DNA of 64,000 bases from Candidatus Krumholzibacteriia bacterium. GTDB taxonomy: Bacteria > Krumholzibacteriota > Krumholzibacteriia > LZORAL124-64-63. Positions 1 to 8,652 of the stretch are shown here, one piece after another. Under the pieces are notes generated by a model that saw only the letters and a list, made by a program, of their open reading frames with translations, did no database searches and was not told the DNA's origin. The translations under genes were made by a program, and so were the position numbers. Position 1 is the first letter of the stretch, and the number at the start of each line of letters is the position of its first letter. The stretch lies in the NCBI GenBank assembly GCA_050174015.1, contig JBFXKG010000008.1, positions 138,378 to 202,377 on the forward strand, read 5' to 3'.

Positions 1-328
1 GGAGGGCAGCAGCCAGGGCAGACTTGGTTGTCCGATCCTGGATGTCCATTCCGTTCTGCCCAAGCCATGCAAGGGCCTCAGCCGTAGAATACCAGCGGCC
101 GGGATTAGCCTGCAGGAACCAATCAATTGCCTTTTGCGGAGACAGATCACCTAGACTACCATCATCTGGAGCGATGGATGCCCTCTTGACGGACTCAACC
201 CCCAATAGGGATAGAGAGCGATCAATGGCCTCAAGGTCAGATTGGAGCGTTTTGATTTTTTCCGATAAACTTTTCTTATATGCTAGAAGCCCGGCAATCG
301 CTGCTTTCCGATCGATTTCTTGGTCCAT
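1..328 (-). CDS. Hypothetical protein, partial (runs off the window); N-terminal coiled coil followed by a possible winged-helix domain
   Basis: Not in the ORF track; translated by hand. RBS AGGAGGT precedes the ATG at 328. Open frame MDQEIDRKAAIAGLLAYKKSLSEKIKTLQSDLEAIDRSLSLL...KAIDWFLQANPGRWYSTAEALAWL continues to the window edge. Lower GC than the rest of the window. Confidence 0.65.
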   Translation of the reverse strand, partial: MDQEIDRKAAIAGLLAYKKSLSEKIKTLQSDLEAIDRSLSLLGVESVKRASIAPDDGSLGDLSPQKAIDWFLQANPGRWYSTAEALAWLGQNGMDIQDRTTKSALAAAL

Positions 329-469
329 GTCACCTCCTATGGCAGGATTCGGTGGAAACATAATACCTCGACCGCGCGCTGTCAAGCCGAAAAATGCGCT
401 TTTGCTGTCGCTGCGGCTTCGACACTACACACTGTAGTAAAGAGCCAAACATTGTCAAGGGAGAAGATC

Positions 470-628
470 GTGACAAAGGATGGTGGTAAGGGGGGCGCTA
501 AAAGCAGGCCAGGCCCCAAGCCCGAGCGCGTGAAAATCAACGATGATTGGGAGAAGGCTGTCAAGAAGGCGCTGAAATCCCCGCCCCCACCCAAGAAGGG
601 CAAGGACGGGGAGAAGAAGGGCAAGTAG
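470..628 (+). CDS. Small basic Lys/Pro-rich hypothetical protein (52 aa)
   Basis: GGGAGA RBS then GTG at 470, in the frame of ORF 320..628; sequence GPKPERVKINDDWEKAVKKALK. Confidence 0.5.
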   Translation: MTKDGGKGGAKSRPGPKPERVKINDDWEKAVKKALKSPPPPKKGKDGEKKGK

Positions 629-701
629 TGGCCACAAAACGACCTGACGTTAATCTATTGCCTGTCTTTGCTTTGCGTTAAGTCTACAACGTCCTTTGTA
701 G

Positions 702-730
702 TTGACAAAAAGTTCGGTATGGCGTACAAT
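702..730 (+). promoter_or_regulatory. Sigma70-type promoter; probably drives a leaderless transcript of the XRE gene
   Basis: TTGACA at 702-707, 17-bp spacer, TACAAT at 725-730. The ATG at 737 sits at the expected +1 and has no Shine-Dalgarno. Confidence 0.75.
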
Positions 731-736
731 TCGGGC

Positions 737-955
737 ATGAAACTCATCAATCACATCAAGCAGCACCGCGCCCGCCTGGACCTGACCCAGGAGGATCTGG
801 CCCGGAGGGTGGGGGTGCGGCGCCAGACCATCCTGGCGGTCGAGAAGGGGAAGTACGTGCCCTCGGCCCTGCTGGCCTTCCAGCTTGCGCGGGCCCTGGA
901 AATGCAGGTCACCGAGCTGTTCGTGCTCGACGAGGAGGGAGAAGCCGATGAATGA
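737..955 (+). CDS. XRE/Cro-CI family helix-turn-helix transcriptional regulator
   Basis: NHIKQHRARLDLTQEDLARRVGVRRQTILAVEKGKYVPSALLAFQLARAL is a typical short HTH_3 pattern. Confidence 0.92.
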   Translation: MKLINHIKQHRARLDLTQEDLARRVGVRRQTILAVEKGKYVPSALLAFQLARALEMQVTELFVLDEEGEADE

Positions 956-1661
956 TTCGCTGCCGAGACGACTGCCGTCGGCCGACTGGATCGCCTTCGG
1001 GATTGGCCTGGGTGCCCTGGTGGCCAGTTTCATCTTCCCTCCCTTGATCATGCTGGTGGGGATCGCCGTCTTCGCCCCTTCGGTCCTGAGGGAGGTGGGG
1101 CTGCTGAAGGACGCCGATGAGTGGACCCGGAGCGTCATGCACCGCGCCGGTTTCCACGCCCTGCTGGTCGCCGCCCTGTTCATCGGCCTCGAGTACGCGG
1201 CCCCCTCCTTCCATGCGGACGTGCCTTCCAACGGGTTCACCCCCGAGGCGGTCTTCGGCGGCGAGACCCTGCGCAAGGGGGTCATCTGGACCTTCCTGAT
1301 CAGCTACCTGATCCAGTACTGGGGTGCGCGCACGGGGGTGTTCCGGATCCTGCTCGGGGCGGCTGTCCTGAACGTGGCGCCGATCCTCGGTTTCCTGCGG
1401 ACAGGCGGGGACCTGAAGGGACTGTTCATCCTGGTGGCGTTCGGCGTTGCGGCGGGCTTCGTCGGGTTGGCGTTCCTCGCGCGCCGCCTGCCCCGAGCCG
1501 GGGGCGGGGTGCTGGCCGCCCTGTGCGTGGCGGCCTTCGCCTTCGCGGTGAGGAACATGGGCGATCCGACTTTCGCCTGGGCCCAGGTTTCCCTCATCTT
1601 CCAGGCCTTCCTGGTGCTGGGAGTCTCCGGTATCGCCTTGCTGCGGGATTCGTCGTCCTGA
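948..1661 (+). CDS. Multi-pass membrane protein, unknown function
   Basis: ATG at 948 overlaps the end of the XRE gene; several hydrophobic helices; DEWTRSVMHRAG motif. Confidence 0.8.
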   Translation: MNDSLPRRLPSADWIAFGIGLGALVASFIFPPLIMLVGIAVFAPSVLREVGLLKDADEWTRSVMHRAGFHALLVAALFIGLEYAAPSFHADVPSNGFTPEAVFGGETLRKGVIWTFLISYLIQYWGARTGVFRILLGAAVLNVAPILGFLRTGGDLKGLFILVAFGVAAGFVGLAFLARRLPRAGGGVLAALCVAAFAFAVRNMGDPTFAWAQVSLIFQAFLVLGVSGIALLRDSSS

Positions 1662-1692
1662 GGGTATCGCCAGAGCAAGGACTGGAAAAGCA

Positions 1693-1715
1693 AGGGGCCC
1701 GACAGGCGGGCCCCT
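1693..1715. terminator. Hairpin between convergent genes; probable terminator
   Basis: AGGGGCCCG-acagg-CGGGCCCCT. Confidence 0.55.
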
Positions 1716-1740
1716 CTTGCTTCGATCATACATGGCGGGA

Positions 1741-2742
1741 TCAGCCGATGCTGTCCATCAGATCCAGCAGATCCACCACGCGGTTCGAGTAGCCCCACTC
1801 GTTGTCGTACCACGACAGCGTCTTGAGCAGGTTGCCCTCGATGACCGAGGTGTACTCGGCGTCGAAGATGCTCGAGTGGGGATCGCCCACGATGTCGCTG
1901 CTGACCAGGGGCTCGTCGGCGTAGCGCAGGATCCGGCGCAGCCGATCGGAATTCGCGTGGTCGCGGACGGCTTCACGGACCTGCTCCACGGTCACGTCCC
2001 GGGACATCACGGTCACCAGATCGACCACCGAACCGTCGGGCACGGGGACGCGCATGGCCATGCCGTCCAGCTTGCCCGCCAGATGGGGCATGACCTTGCC
2101 CACGGCGCGGGCCGCGCCCGTGGTGGTGGGGATGGTGTTCTCGGCGGCCGCGCGGGACCGGCGCCAGTCGCTGTGGGGCACGTCGGCCAGGCGCTGGTCG
2201 TTGGTGTACGCGTGGACCGTGGTCATCAGCCCGTGTTCGATGCCGAACTCCTTGTCCAGCACGTAGGCCAGGGGCGCCAGGCAGTTGGTGGTGCAGGAGG
2301 CGTTGGAGACGATCTTGTGCTCCGGCTTGAGGTCGTCCTGGTTCACGCCCAGGACGATCGTGGCGTCGATCTCGTCCTTGGAAGGGACGGTCAGCAGGAC
2401 CTTCCGCGCGCCGGCCTCCAGGTGCATGGCGATCTCCGAGCGCTTGCGGAAACGGCCCGTGGCCTCGACGACGAAGTCGATGCCCAGTTCCTTCCAGGGC
2501 AGCTCCAGCGGGTTGGGGATCTCGGTCATCTTCACCCGCTGGTGCCGGGTGACCATGACGTCGCCTTCCATGTTGGCGACCCCCTGGAAGGGGCCCATGA
2601 TCGTGTCGTGCCTCAGCAGGTAGGCCAGGGCGTCGGAGTCGGCCAGGTCGTTGATGGCCACGACCTCGACGCCTTCCCTGCTGTTCAGGAGACGGAACAC
2701 CGACCGGCCGATGCGGCCGAATCCGTTGATGGCGATCCTCAT
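1741..2742 (-). CDS. gap: Type I glyceraldehyde-3-phosphate dehydrogenase
   Basis: INGFGRIGR NAD-binding motif, catalytic SNASCTTNCLAP, VHAYT and WYDNEWGYS. ATG at 2742 follows an AAGGAGG RBS. Confidence 0.96.
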   Translation of the reverse strand: MRIAINGFGRIGRSVFRLLNSREGVEVVAINDLADSDALAYLLRHDTIMGPFQGVANMEGDVMVTRHQRVKMTEIPNPLELPWKELGIDFVVEATGRFRKRSEIAMHLEAGARKVLLTVPSKDEIDATIVLGVNQDDLKPEHKIVSNASCTTNCLAPLAYVLDKEFGIEHGLMTTVHAYTNDQRLADVPHSDWRRSRAAAENTIPTTTGAARAVGKVMPHLAGKLDGMAMRVPVPDGSVVDLVTVMSRDVTVEQVREAVRDHANSDRLRRILRYADEPLVSSDIVGDPHSSIFDAEYTSVIEGNLLKTLSWYDNEWGYSNRVVDLLDLMDSIG

Positions 2743-3764
2743 GAGCGCACCTCCTTGGCGGCGATCAGCCCGGCGACCTTGCGCGCGGTTTCGAGCAGGC
2801 GGTACGCGTAGGCCCAGCCGTTGTCGTACCAGATGATGCTCTTGATCAGCCCGTTGTTCAGCGAGAGGGTGGCCTGGGCGTCGATCACGCCGGAGCAGGA
2901 GTTGCCGATCACGTCGCTGGATACGATGGGCTCTTCGGTGTAGCCGAGCAGGCCCTTGTACTTGCCCTCGGCGGCCTCGGCGAAGATCGCGTTGTATTCC
3001 GGGGCGGTGAGGGGCTTGTCCAGTTCGACCACCAGGTCGATGTTCGAACCGGCGGGCACCGGAACGTTCAGCGCCATCCCGTTGACCTTGCCCTTGAGAT
3101 CGGGCATCAGCTCCATGACGGCGCCGGCCGCCCAGCTGGTGTTGGGGATGATGTTCTGGGCGGCCGAACGGCTCCAGCGCAGGCCGCCGGCTGCGGTGTC
3201 GCTCAGCTGCTGGTCGTTGGTGTAGGCGTGCACCGTGGTCATGGTGGCCCGCTTGACCCCGACCTTCTCCTGGAGGACCTTCAGGGTCAAGGCCAGGGCG
3301 TGGCAGCTGCTGCTGCCGTTGCTGATGAGGCGATGCTCGGCGGTCAGATCCTCGTCGTTGACGCCGTTGATGATCAGCTTGTCGATGGAACCCTTGGAGG
3401 GAGTGGACAGGATGACGGCCTTGGCGCCGGCGTCGATGTGGCGCTGCAGCTCCTCCCGGGTGCGGAACATGCCCGTGGATTCGATGACGATGTCCACGCC
3501 CAGGACGTCCCAGGGAACGTGGCCGGGCTTGGAGCCCTGAAGGACCCGCATGCGCTGGTTCTCGGTGACGAGGTAATGACCCTCGGTGCGCAGGGCGCTG
3601 CGGAACGGACCCTCGACGGTGGAACTCTTCAGCAGGTAGGCCAGCGTCTCGATGTCGGCGATGTCGCTGGCCGCCGCGAAGTTCACGTCGGGTTGATCGT
3701 GGGCGATCCGGAACATGTTTCGTCCCAGCTTTCCGAATCCCATGATTCCCAGATTCACGGACAT
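2739..3764 (-). CDS. GAPDH-like paralog lacking the canonical catalytic cysteine
   Basis: GFGKLGR, ESTG, VHAYTNDQ and WYDNGWAY are present, but SNGSSSCHAL replaces SNASCTTNCL. The stop overlaps the gap start (ATGA). Confidence 0.9.
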   Translation of the reverse strand: MSVNLGIMGFGKLGRNMFRIAHDQPDVNFAAASDIADIETLAYLLKSSTVEGPFRSALRTEGHYLVTENQRMRVLQGSKPGHVPWDVLGVDIVIESTGMFRTREELQRHIDAGAKAVILSTPSKGSIDKLIINGVNDEDLTAEHRLISNGSSSCHALALTLKVLQEKVGVKRATMTTVHAYTNDQQLSDTAAGGLRWSRSAAQNIIPNTSWAAGAVMELMPDLKGKVNGMALNVPVPAGSNIDLVVELDKPLTAPEYNAIFAEAAEGKYKGLLGYTEEPIVSSDVIGNSCSGVIDAQATLSLNNGLIKSIIWYDNGWAYAYRLLETARKVAGLIAAKEVRS

Positions 3765-4052
3765 GACGACCTTCCTTGGTTCCCGGTGGAATGGATTTCA
3801 ACCCGGGGATGATATTCGGGGGCTCCGGCATTCTCAAGACAATCCCCGGCCGGGCCCGGATGGAATCAAGTTAGGGGAATTCGGGGGATTGGCAAATCAT
3901 TAACCGGTGACCGGGACAGTTTGTCCGGTTTCCGAACCAAAAAATCGATTCCAGCCCCCGGCGGGCGAATCCTCCGGAATACGGCACCTGGCCCCCGTTT
4001 CCGCGCCATTTTCCGATGGGTGAAGATAATCGAAAAAAGATCTTGCGATGGA

Positions 4053-4096
4053 TGTATAAAAAATGTTTTATACAAAACATCGACATGCAGTCGACA
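4053..4096. promoter_or_regulatory. Candidate operator: a palindrome plus three TnnACA repeats at 11-bp period (CarH/LitR-like)
   Basis: TGTATAAAA-aatg-TTTTATACA at 4053-4074; TATACA at 4069, TCGACA at 4080 and TCGACA at 4091. Confidence 0.6.
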
Positions 4097-4149
4097 TGGA
4101 GAGAGTGAGCCGAAACGACCAACCGTCCTTGCCAGTGGAGGGAATAGAA

Positions 4150-4686
4150 ATGAAGAAGACCATCCTCATCCCGACGGCCATGGTGGCCCTGTTCGCCCTG
4201 GGCGCCTGCTCGTCCGACAACAGCCCCTTGTCCGTGGGGACCGAAGTCCAGAACGACACCGCCCGGAGCGGGAACGAAGGCGACGCCCTGCTGAAGTCCG
4301 TCGAGGCGATGAACGTGACGACCGGCGATTTCGACACCCTGATCGCCGGCCTGAAGGCCGAGCGCCTGATCCGGCCCCTGGTCGAGCTGGGCAACACCAC
4401 GGTGTTCGCCCCGACCGACGCGGCCTTCGCCGCCCTGGGCCTGGACGAGACCAACGTCGCCGGTCTGGCCGGTCTGCGGAACATCCTGGCCTACCACGTG
4501 TCCACCGAACTGCTGTTCGCCGGGGACGTGCTGGCCCGGGAAAGCATCACCATGGGCAACGGCCAGGACACGGCGATCAGCCTGCGGGACGGCGCGCCCT
4601 ACATCAACGACAGCATGATCATCCGGACCGACATCGTGCAGCCGACCGGCGTGATCCACGTGATCGACGCCGTGCTGCTCCCGTAG
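4150..4686 (+). CDS. Fasciclin (FAS1) domain lipoprotein
   Basis: Lipobox LGAC; FAS1 motifs TVFAPTDAAF, ILAYHV and GVIHVIDAVL. Confidence 0.93.
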   Translation: MKKTILIPTAMVALFALGACSSDNSPLSVGTEVQNDTARSGNEGDALLKSVEAMNVTTGDFDTLIAGLKAERLIRPLVELGNTTVFAPTDAAFAALGLDETNVAGLAGLRNILAYHVSTELLFAGDVLARESITMGNGQDTAISLRDGAPYINDSMIIRTDIVQPTGVIHVIDAVLLP

Positions 4687-4822
4687 GTCGATGATCCCCC
4701 GAGCGGCCACGCGCCGCGCATCGCGGGTCCGCCCTCCAGGCGGGCCCGCGGTGTTTTGAAAATAACGAACCCGTTGCGGATAATTGACTTGCGCCCATTA
4801 TTGCCGGTTGCCATCTTGCCGC

Positions 4823-4840
4823 ATGTGAACCGGTTAACAG
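4823..4840. promoter_or_regulatory. Near-palindromic site upstream of rnfA, resembling a Rex operator
   Basis: ATGTGAA-CCGG-TTAACAG versus the Rex consensus TTGTGAA-N4-TTCACAA (11 of 14 positions match). Confidence 0.4.
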
Positions 4841-4850
4841 GTGGTGTCGC

Positions 4851-5426
4851 ATGGATCTGCTTCTTCTCGTCATCAGCGCCGTCCTGGTCAACAACTTCGT
4901 TCTGGCCCGTTTCCTGGGCATCTGTCCCTTCCTGGGAGTTTCCAAGAAGCTGTCGACCGCCCTGGGCATGACCGGGGCGGTGATGTTCGTGATGACCTTG
5001 GCCAGCCTGGCGGCCCATCTGGTCTACCATCACGTCCTGGCCCCCCTGAACCTCGCCTTCCTGCAGACGATCAGCTTCATCCTGATCATCGCCACCATGG
5101 TCCAGCTGGTCGAACTGGCGCTGCAGAAGCTGAGCCCGCCCCTCTACCGGTCCCTGGGCATCTTCCTGCCCCTGATCACCACGAACTGCGCGGTGCTGGG
5201 ATGCGCGGTGATGACCGTCCAGAACGAATACAGCCTGATCCAGACCCTGGTGTTCGCCATGGCGGCCGCCCTGGGGTTCGGGTTGGCCCTGATCCTTTTC
5301 GCAGGGATCAGGGAAGTGCTCGACCTTGCCGAAACGCCCCGGGCCTTCCGGGGAACCGCCATCGCCCTGGTCACCGCCGGGGTGCTCTCGATGGCGTTCA
5401 TGGGATTCGCGGGGCTGGTCAAGTAG
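4851..5426 (+). CDS. rnfA: Rnf electron transport complex subunit A
   Basis: VNNFVLARFLGICPFLGVSKK and LPLITTNCAVLG. Confidence 0.96.
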   Translation: MDLLLLVISAVLVNNFVLARFLGICPFLGVSKKLSTALGMTGAVMFVMTLASLAAHLVYHHVLAPLNLAFLQTISFILIIATMVQLVELALQKLSPPLYRSLGIFLPLITTNCAVLGCAVMTVQNEYSLIQTLVFAMAAALGFGLALILFAGIREVLDLAETPRAFRGTAIALVTAGVLSMAFMGFAGLVK

Positions 5427-5451
5427 GCCGGGCCGCCGGAGGGGATGCCGC

Positions 5452-6276
5452 ATGTTCGTGCCGACCGCAGTGCTCGCCGGGATGGGCCTTTGCTCGGGCC
5501 TGGGGCTGGCCCTGGCCGCCCGGTTCTTCGCGGTGGAGACCGACCCCCGGCAGGAACGGGTGGCCGACGCCCTGCCCGGAGCCAATTGCGGCGGTTGCGG
5601 CTTCGCCGGCTGCGCGGATTTCGCCGCGGCCGTGGTCGCCGGCAAGGCCACGCCGGGGGATTGCCCCGTCTGCGACGCCCAGGCCCGGCAGGCCATCGGG
5701 ACGATCATGGGGATCGAAGTGGAGGAGGGGGTGCGGCGGGTCGCCCTGGTGATGTGCCAGGGGGACGACGCGGTGGCCAGGCCCTCCTTCCGCTACAACG
5801 GCCATGCGAGCTGCGCCAGCAGCGACCTGCTGGGAGGCGGGGACAAGCTCTGCCTGCACGGCTGCCTGGGGCTGGCCGACTGCCAGGCGGTGTGCACCTT
5901 CGGGGCCATCGAGATCACGGACCTGGGGGTGGCCCGGGTGCTGCCCGAGCGCTGCACCGGTTGCGGGCGCTGCATCGCCGTCTGCCCCAAGCACCTGATC
6001 GGCCTCGTGCCCGAGGATGCGACGATCCACGTGCTGTGCGTCAACACGGACAAGGGCGGGCCGGCCAGGAAGGCCTGCGACGTGGCCTGCATCGGCTGCC
6101 GGAAGTGCGAGAAGGCTTTCACGGAGGATCCCCGCATCCGGGTCGAGAACAACCTTGCCCGCGTCGATTACAGCCATGCCCCGCATGATCCCGCGCTGGT
6201 CGAAGCCTGTCCCACCGGGGCGCTGGTCTTCCTGGACCTGCGCGGCGGATCGGGCGGTCCCGGAGCAACGCCATGA
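5452..6276 (+). CDS. rnfB: Rnf complex subunit B (Fe-S)
   Basis: N-terminal TM helix; LPGANCGGCGFAGC; ferredoxin motifs CTGCGRCIAVCP and CIGCRKC. Confidence 0.94.
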   Translation: MFVPTAVLAGMGLCSGLGLALAARFFAVETDPRQERVADALPGANCGGCGFAGCADFAAAVVAGKATPGDCPVCDAQARQAIGTIMGIEVEEGVRRVALVMCQGDDAVARPSFRYNGHASCASSDLLGGGDKLCLHGCLGLADCQAVCTFGAIEITDLGVARVLPERCTGCGRCIAVCPKHLIGLVPEDATIHVLCVNTDKGGPARKACDVACIGCRKCEKAFTEDPRIRVENNLARVDYSHAPHDPALVEACPTGALVFLDLRGGSGGPGATP

Positions 6277-7595
6277 AGTTCAAGGGCGGCATCCATCCCT
6301 CGTACCTGAAGCTGACGGCCGGTCTGCCCGTCGAGGCCATGCCCCTGCTGGAGCGCTACCTCGTGCCCATCGGCCAGCACATCGGGGCTCCGGGCGACGT
6401 CGTGGTCGAGAAGGGGCAGGCCGTGAAGCGGGGAGAACCGCTGACCCGACCTGCCGGATTCGTCTCGGTTCCCGTCCACGCCCCCACCAGCGGGACGGTG
6501 AAGAAGATCGCCGACTTCCCCCATCCGGTGGGCAGGCCGCAGATGGCGGTCGAACTCGAAGCCGACGGGCAGGATGCCTGGTGGGAATCGGCGGCGCCGG
6601 TGGGCGACTGGCGGACCCTGGCTCCGGCCGCGCTCAGGGATGCGATCCGGGACGCCGGCATCGTCGGCCTGGGCGGGGCGACCTTCCCCACGCACGTGAA
6701 GCTCAGCCCGCCCGAGGACAAGCCCATCGATCTGCTGGTGGTCAACGGGGCGGAGTGCGAACCCTACCTGACCAGCGACCACCGCATCATGCTCGAGCAG
6801 GCGGGCGACGTCTGCGAGGGCGTGGGGCTGATGATGCGGGTGCTGGGGGTGGACCGGGCGGTGGTCGGCGTCGAGGACAACAAGCCCGACGCCCTGGAGG
6901 CCCTGCGCCGCGCCTGCCCTCCCGACCTCCCGCTGGAGTTCCGCCTCCTGGAAACCAAGTATCCCCAGGGTTCGGAGAAGCACCTGATCTACGCCCTGTG
7001 CAAGCGGGAGGTGCCCGCCGGCGGCCTGCCCATGGACGTGGGCGTGGTGGTGCAGAACGTGGGAACCGCCGCGGCGTGCGTGCAGGCCGTTCGGGACGGC
7101 CGCCCCATGACCGAACGCGTGGTGACGGTCACCGGTTCGGCCGTGAGGGAGCCCCGCAACCTCATGGTCCGGATCGGGACCACCCTGCAGGACGTGCTCG
7201 ACCACTGCGGCGGGGTGACCGGGGACCTGGGCAAGGTGATCTACGGCGGGCCCATGATGGGGATTGTCCAGTTCGACCTGGAATGCCCGGTGCTCAAGGG
7301 CACCAGCGGCATCCTCTGCCTCAGGGAGAGCGAGGTCACCCGGTTCGAGGGCAGGCCCTGCATCCGTTGCGGCAACTGCGTCGACGCTTGCCCCATGCTC
7401 CTGGTGCCCAGCCGCATGGGCGTGCTCGTGGAAAGGTCGCGCTGGGAGGATCTGGGGGAGGCGTGCGTGACCGACTGCATCGAGTGCGGCAGCTGCGCCT
7501 ACGTGTGCCCCTCGCGGCGTCCCCTGGTCCAGTACTTCAAGCGCGGGAAGCTCGAATGGCGCGCCGTCCAGCGCAGGCAGGATTCCCACGCATGA
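6273..7595 (+). CDS. rnfC: Rnf complex subunit C
   Basis: QHIGAP, GIVGLGGATFPTHVK, NGAECEPYLTSD, GGPMMG and two CxxCxxCxxxCP motifs. Confidence 0.96.
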   Translation: MKFKGGIHPSYLKLTAGLPVEAMPLLERYLVPIGQHIGAPGDVVVEKGQAVKRGEPLTRPAGFVSVPVHAPTSGTVKKIADFPHPVGRPQMAVELEADGQDAWWESAAPVGDWRTLAPAALRDAIRDAGIVGLGGATFPTHVKLSPPEDKPIDLLVVNGAECEPYLTSDHRIMLEQAGDVCEGVGLMMRVLGVDRAVVGVEDNKPDALEALRRACPPDLPLEFRLLETKYPQGSEKHLIYALCKREVPAGGLPMDVGVVVQNVGTAAACVQAVRDGRPMTERVVTVTGSAVREPRNLMVRIGTTLQDVLDHCGGVTGDLGKVIYGGPMMGIVQFDLECPVLKGTSGILCLRESEVTRFEGRPCIRCGNCVDACPMLLVPSRMGVLVERSRWEDLGEACVTDCIECGSCAYVCPSRRPLVQYFKRGKLEWRAVQRRQDSHA

Positions 7596-7614
7596 AACCG
7601 CTCGGGAGCAGGGG

Positions 7615-8652
7615 ATGAACACATCGGTCAAGGACACGGTCTCGGTCCAGAACCTCATCGTCAGCGCCTCTCCGCACGTGCACGCGGGGCAGGACGTCCG
7701 GTCCGTCATGCGGGACGTGCTGCTCGCCCTGGTCCCCGGAGTCCTGGTCGGCCTGTGGTTCTTCGGGTTGCCTGCGCTGGTGGTCCTGCTCCTGGCCGTG
7801 GGCGGCTGCGTGGCCTGCGAGTGGGCGGCCTGCCGATTGCTGGGACGCAGGTCCACGGTGGGGGATCTGAGCGCCGCGTTGACCGGGGTGCTGCTGGCCA
7901 TGAACCTCCCCTCGGGCAGCCCCTGGTGGCTGGTGCTCGTCGGCGCGGTGGTGGCCATCGGCCTGGGCAAGGCCATCTACGGGGGGTTGGGCATGAATCC
8001 CTTCAACCCCGCCCTGGTGGCCCGCGTCTTCCTGCTGATCTCCTTTCCCGTCCAGATGACCCGCTGGGTGGTTCCCCGGGGGCCGGGCACGGGCTTCGAC
8101 GCCGCGACGGGCGCCACCCCCCTGGGCGCCGTCAAGGAAGCGATCAGCCTGGGCCGGCCCCTGAACGAGGTCGACCTGCCGGGTACCGGCGATCTGCTGC
8201 TGGGGGACATGGGCGGCAGCCTGGGCGAGGTGGGAGCGGCGGCCCTGCTGCTGGGCGGGCTCTACCTGCTGTGGCGCGGCATCATCCGCTGGCAGATCCC
8301 CGTGGGGTTCATCGCGTCCCTCGTGGTGGTCACCGGGATCGCGCATGCCGCGGCCCCCGACCGCTATCTGCACCCGGTGGTCCACGTTCTCTCCGGCGGC
8401 CTGTTCCTGGGCGCGTTCTTCATGGCCACCGACATGGTCACCACGCCGGTGACCCGCAGGGGGATGCTCGTGTTCGGGGTGGGTTGCGGGTTGCTGACCG
8501 CCGTCATCCGCCTGTGGGGCGGCTATCCCGAAGGGGTCAGCTTCGCCATCCTGCTGATGAACGCCGTGACGCCGCTGATCGACCGCTCCACCAGGCCGCG
8601 CGTGTTCGGCGCCCCGCGCCACGTCCTGTTCAGCGTCCGGAGGGGGTCATGA
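7615..8652 (+). CDS. rnfD: Rnf complex subunit D
   Basis: SPH motif, GGLGMNPFNPAL, FMN site TGATPL, FFMATD and YPEGVSFAIL. Confidence 0.96.
   Translation: MNTSVKDTVSVQNLIVSASPHVHAGQDVRSVMRDVLLALVPGVLVGLWFFGLPALVVLLLAVGGCVACEWAACRLLGRRSTVGDLSAALTGVLLAMNLPSGSPWWLVLVGAVVAIGLGKAIYGGLGMNPFNPALVARVFLLISFPVQMTRWVVPRGPGTGFDAATGATPLGAVKEAISLGRPLNEVDLPGTGDLLLGDMGGSLGEVGAAALLLGGLYLLWRGIIRWQIPVGFIASLVVVTGIAHAAAPDRYLHPVVHVLSGGLFLGAFFMATDMVTTPVTRRGMLVFGVGCGLLTAVIRLWGGYPEGVSFAILLMNAVTPLIDRSTRPRVFGAPRHVLFSVRRGS

Noticed and set aside
24..437. 137-aa plus-strand ORF
   Set aside because: The opposite strand has a strong RBS and a more protein-like open frame from 328.
1741..3837. 698-aa GAPDH with a long N-terminal extension, or a frameshifted fusion
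   Set aside because: The extension is an off-frame read of the upstream paralog. gap has its own RBS and ATG at 2742, overlapping the upstream stop.
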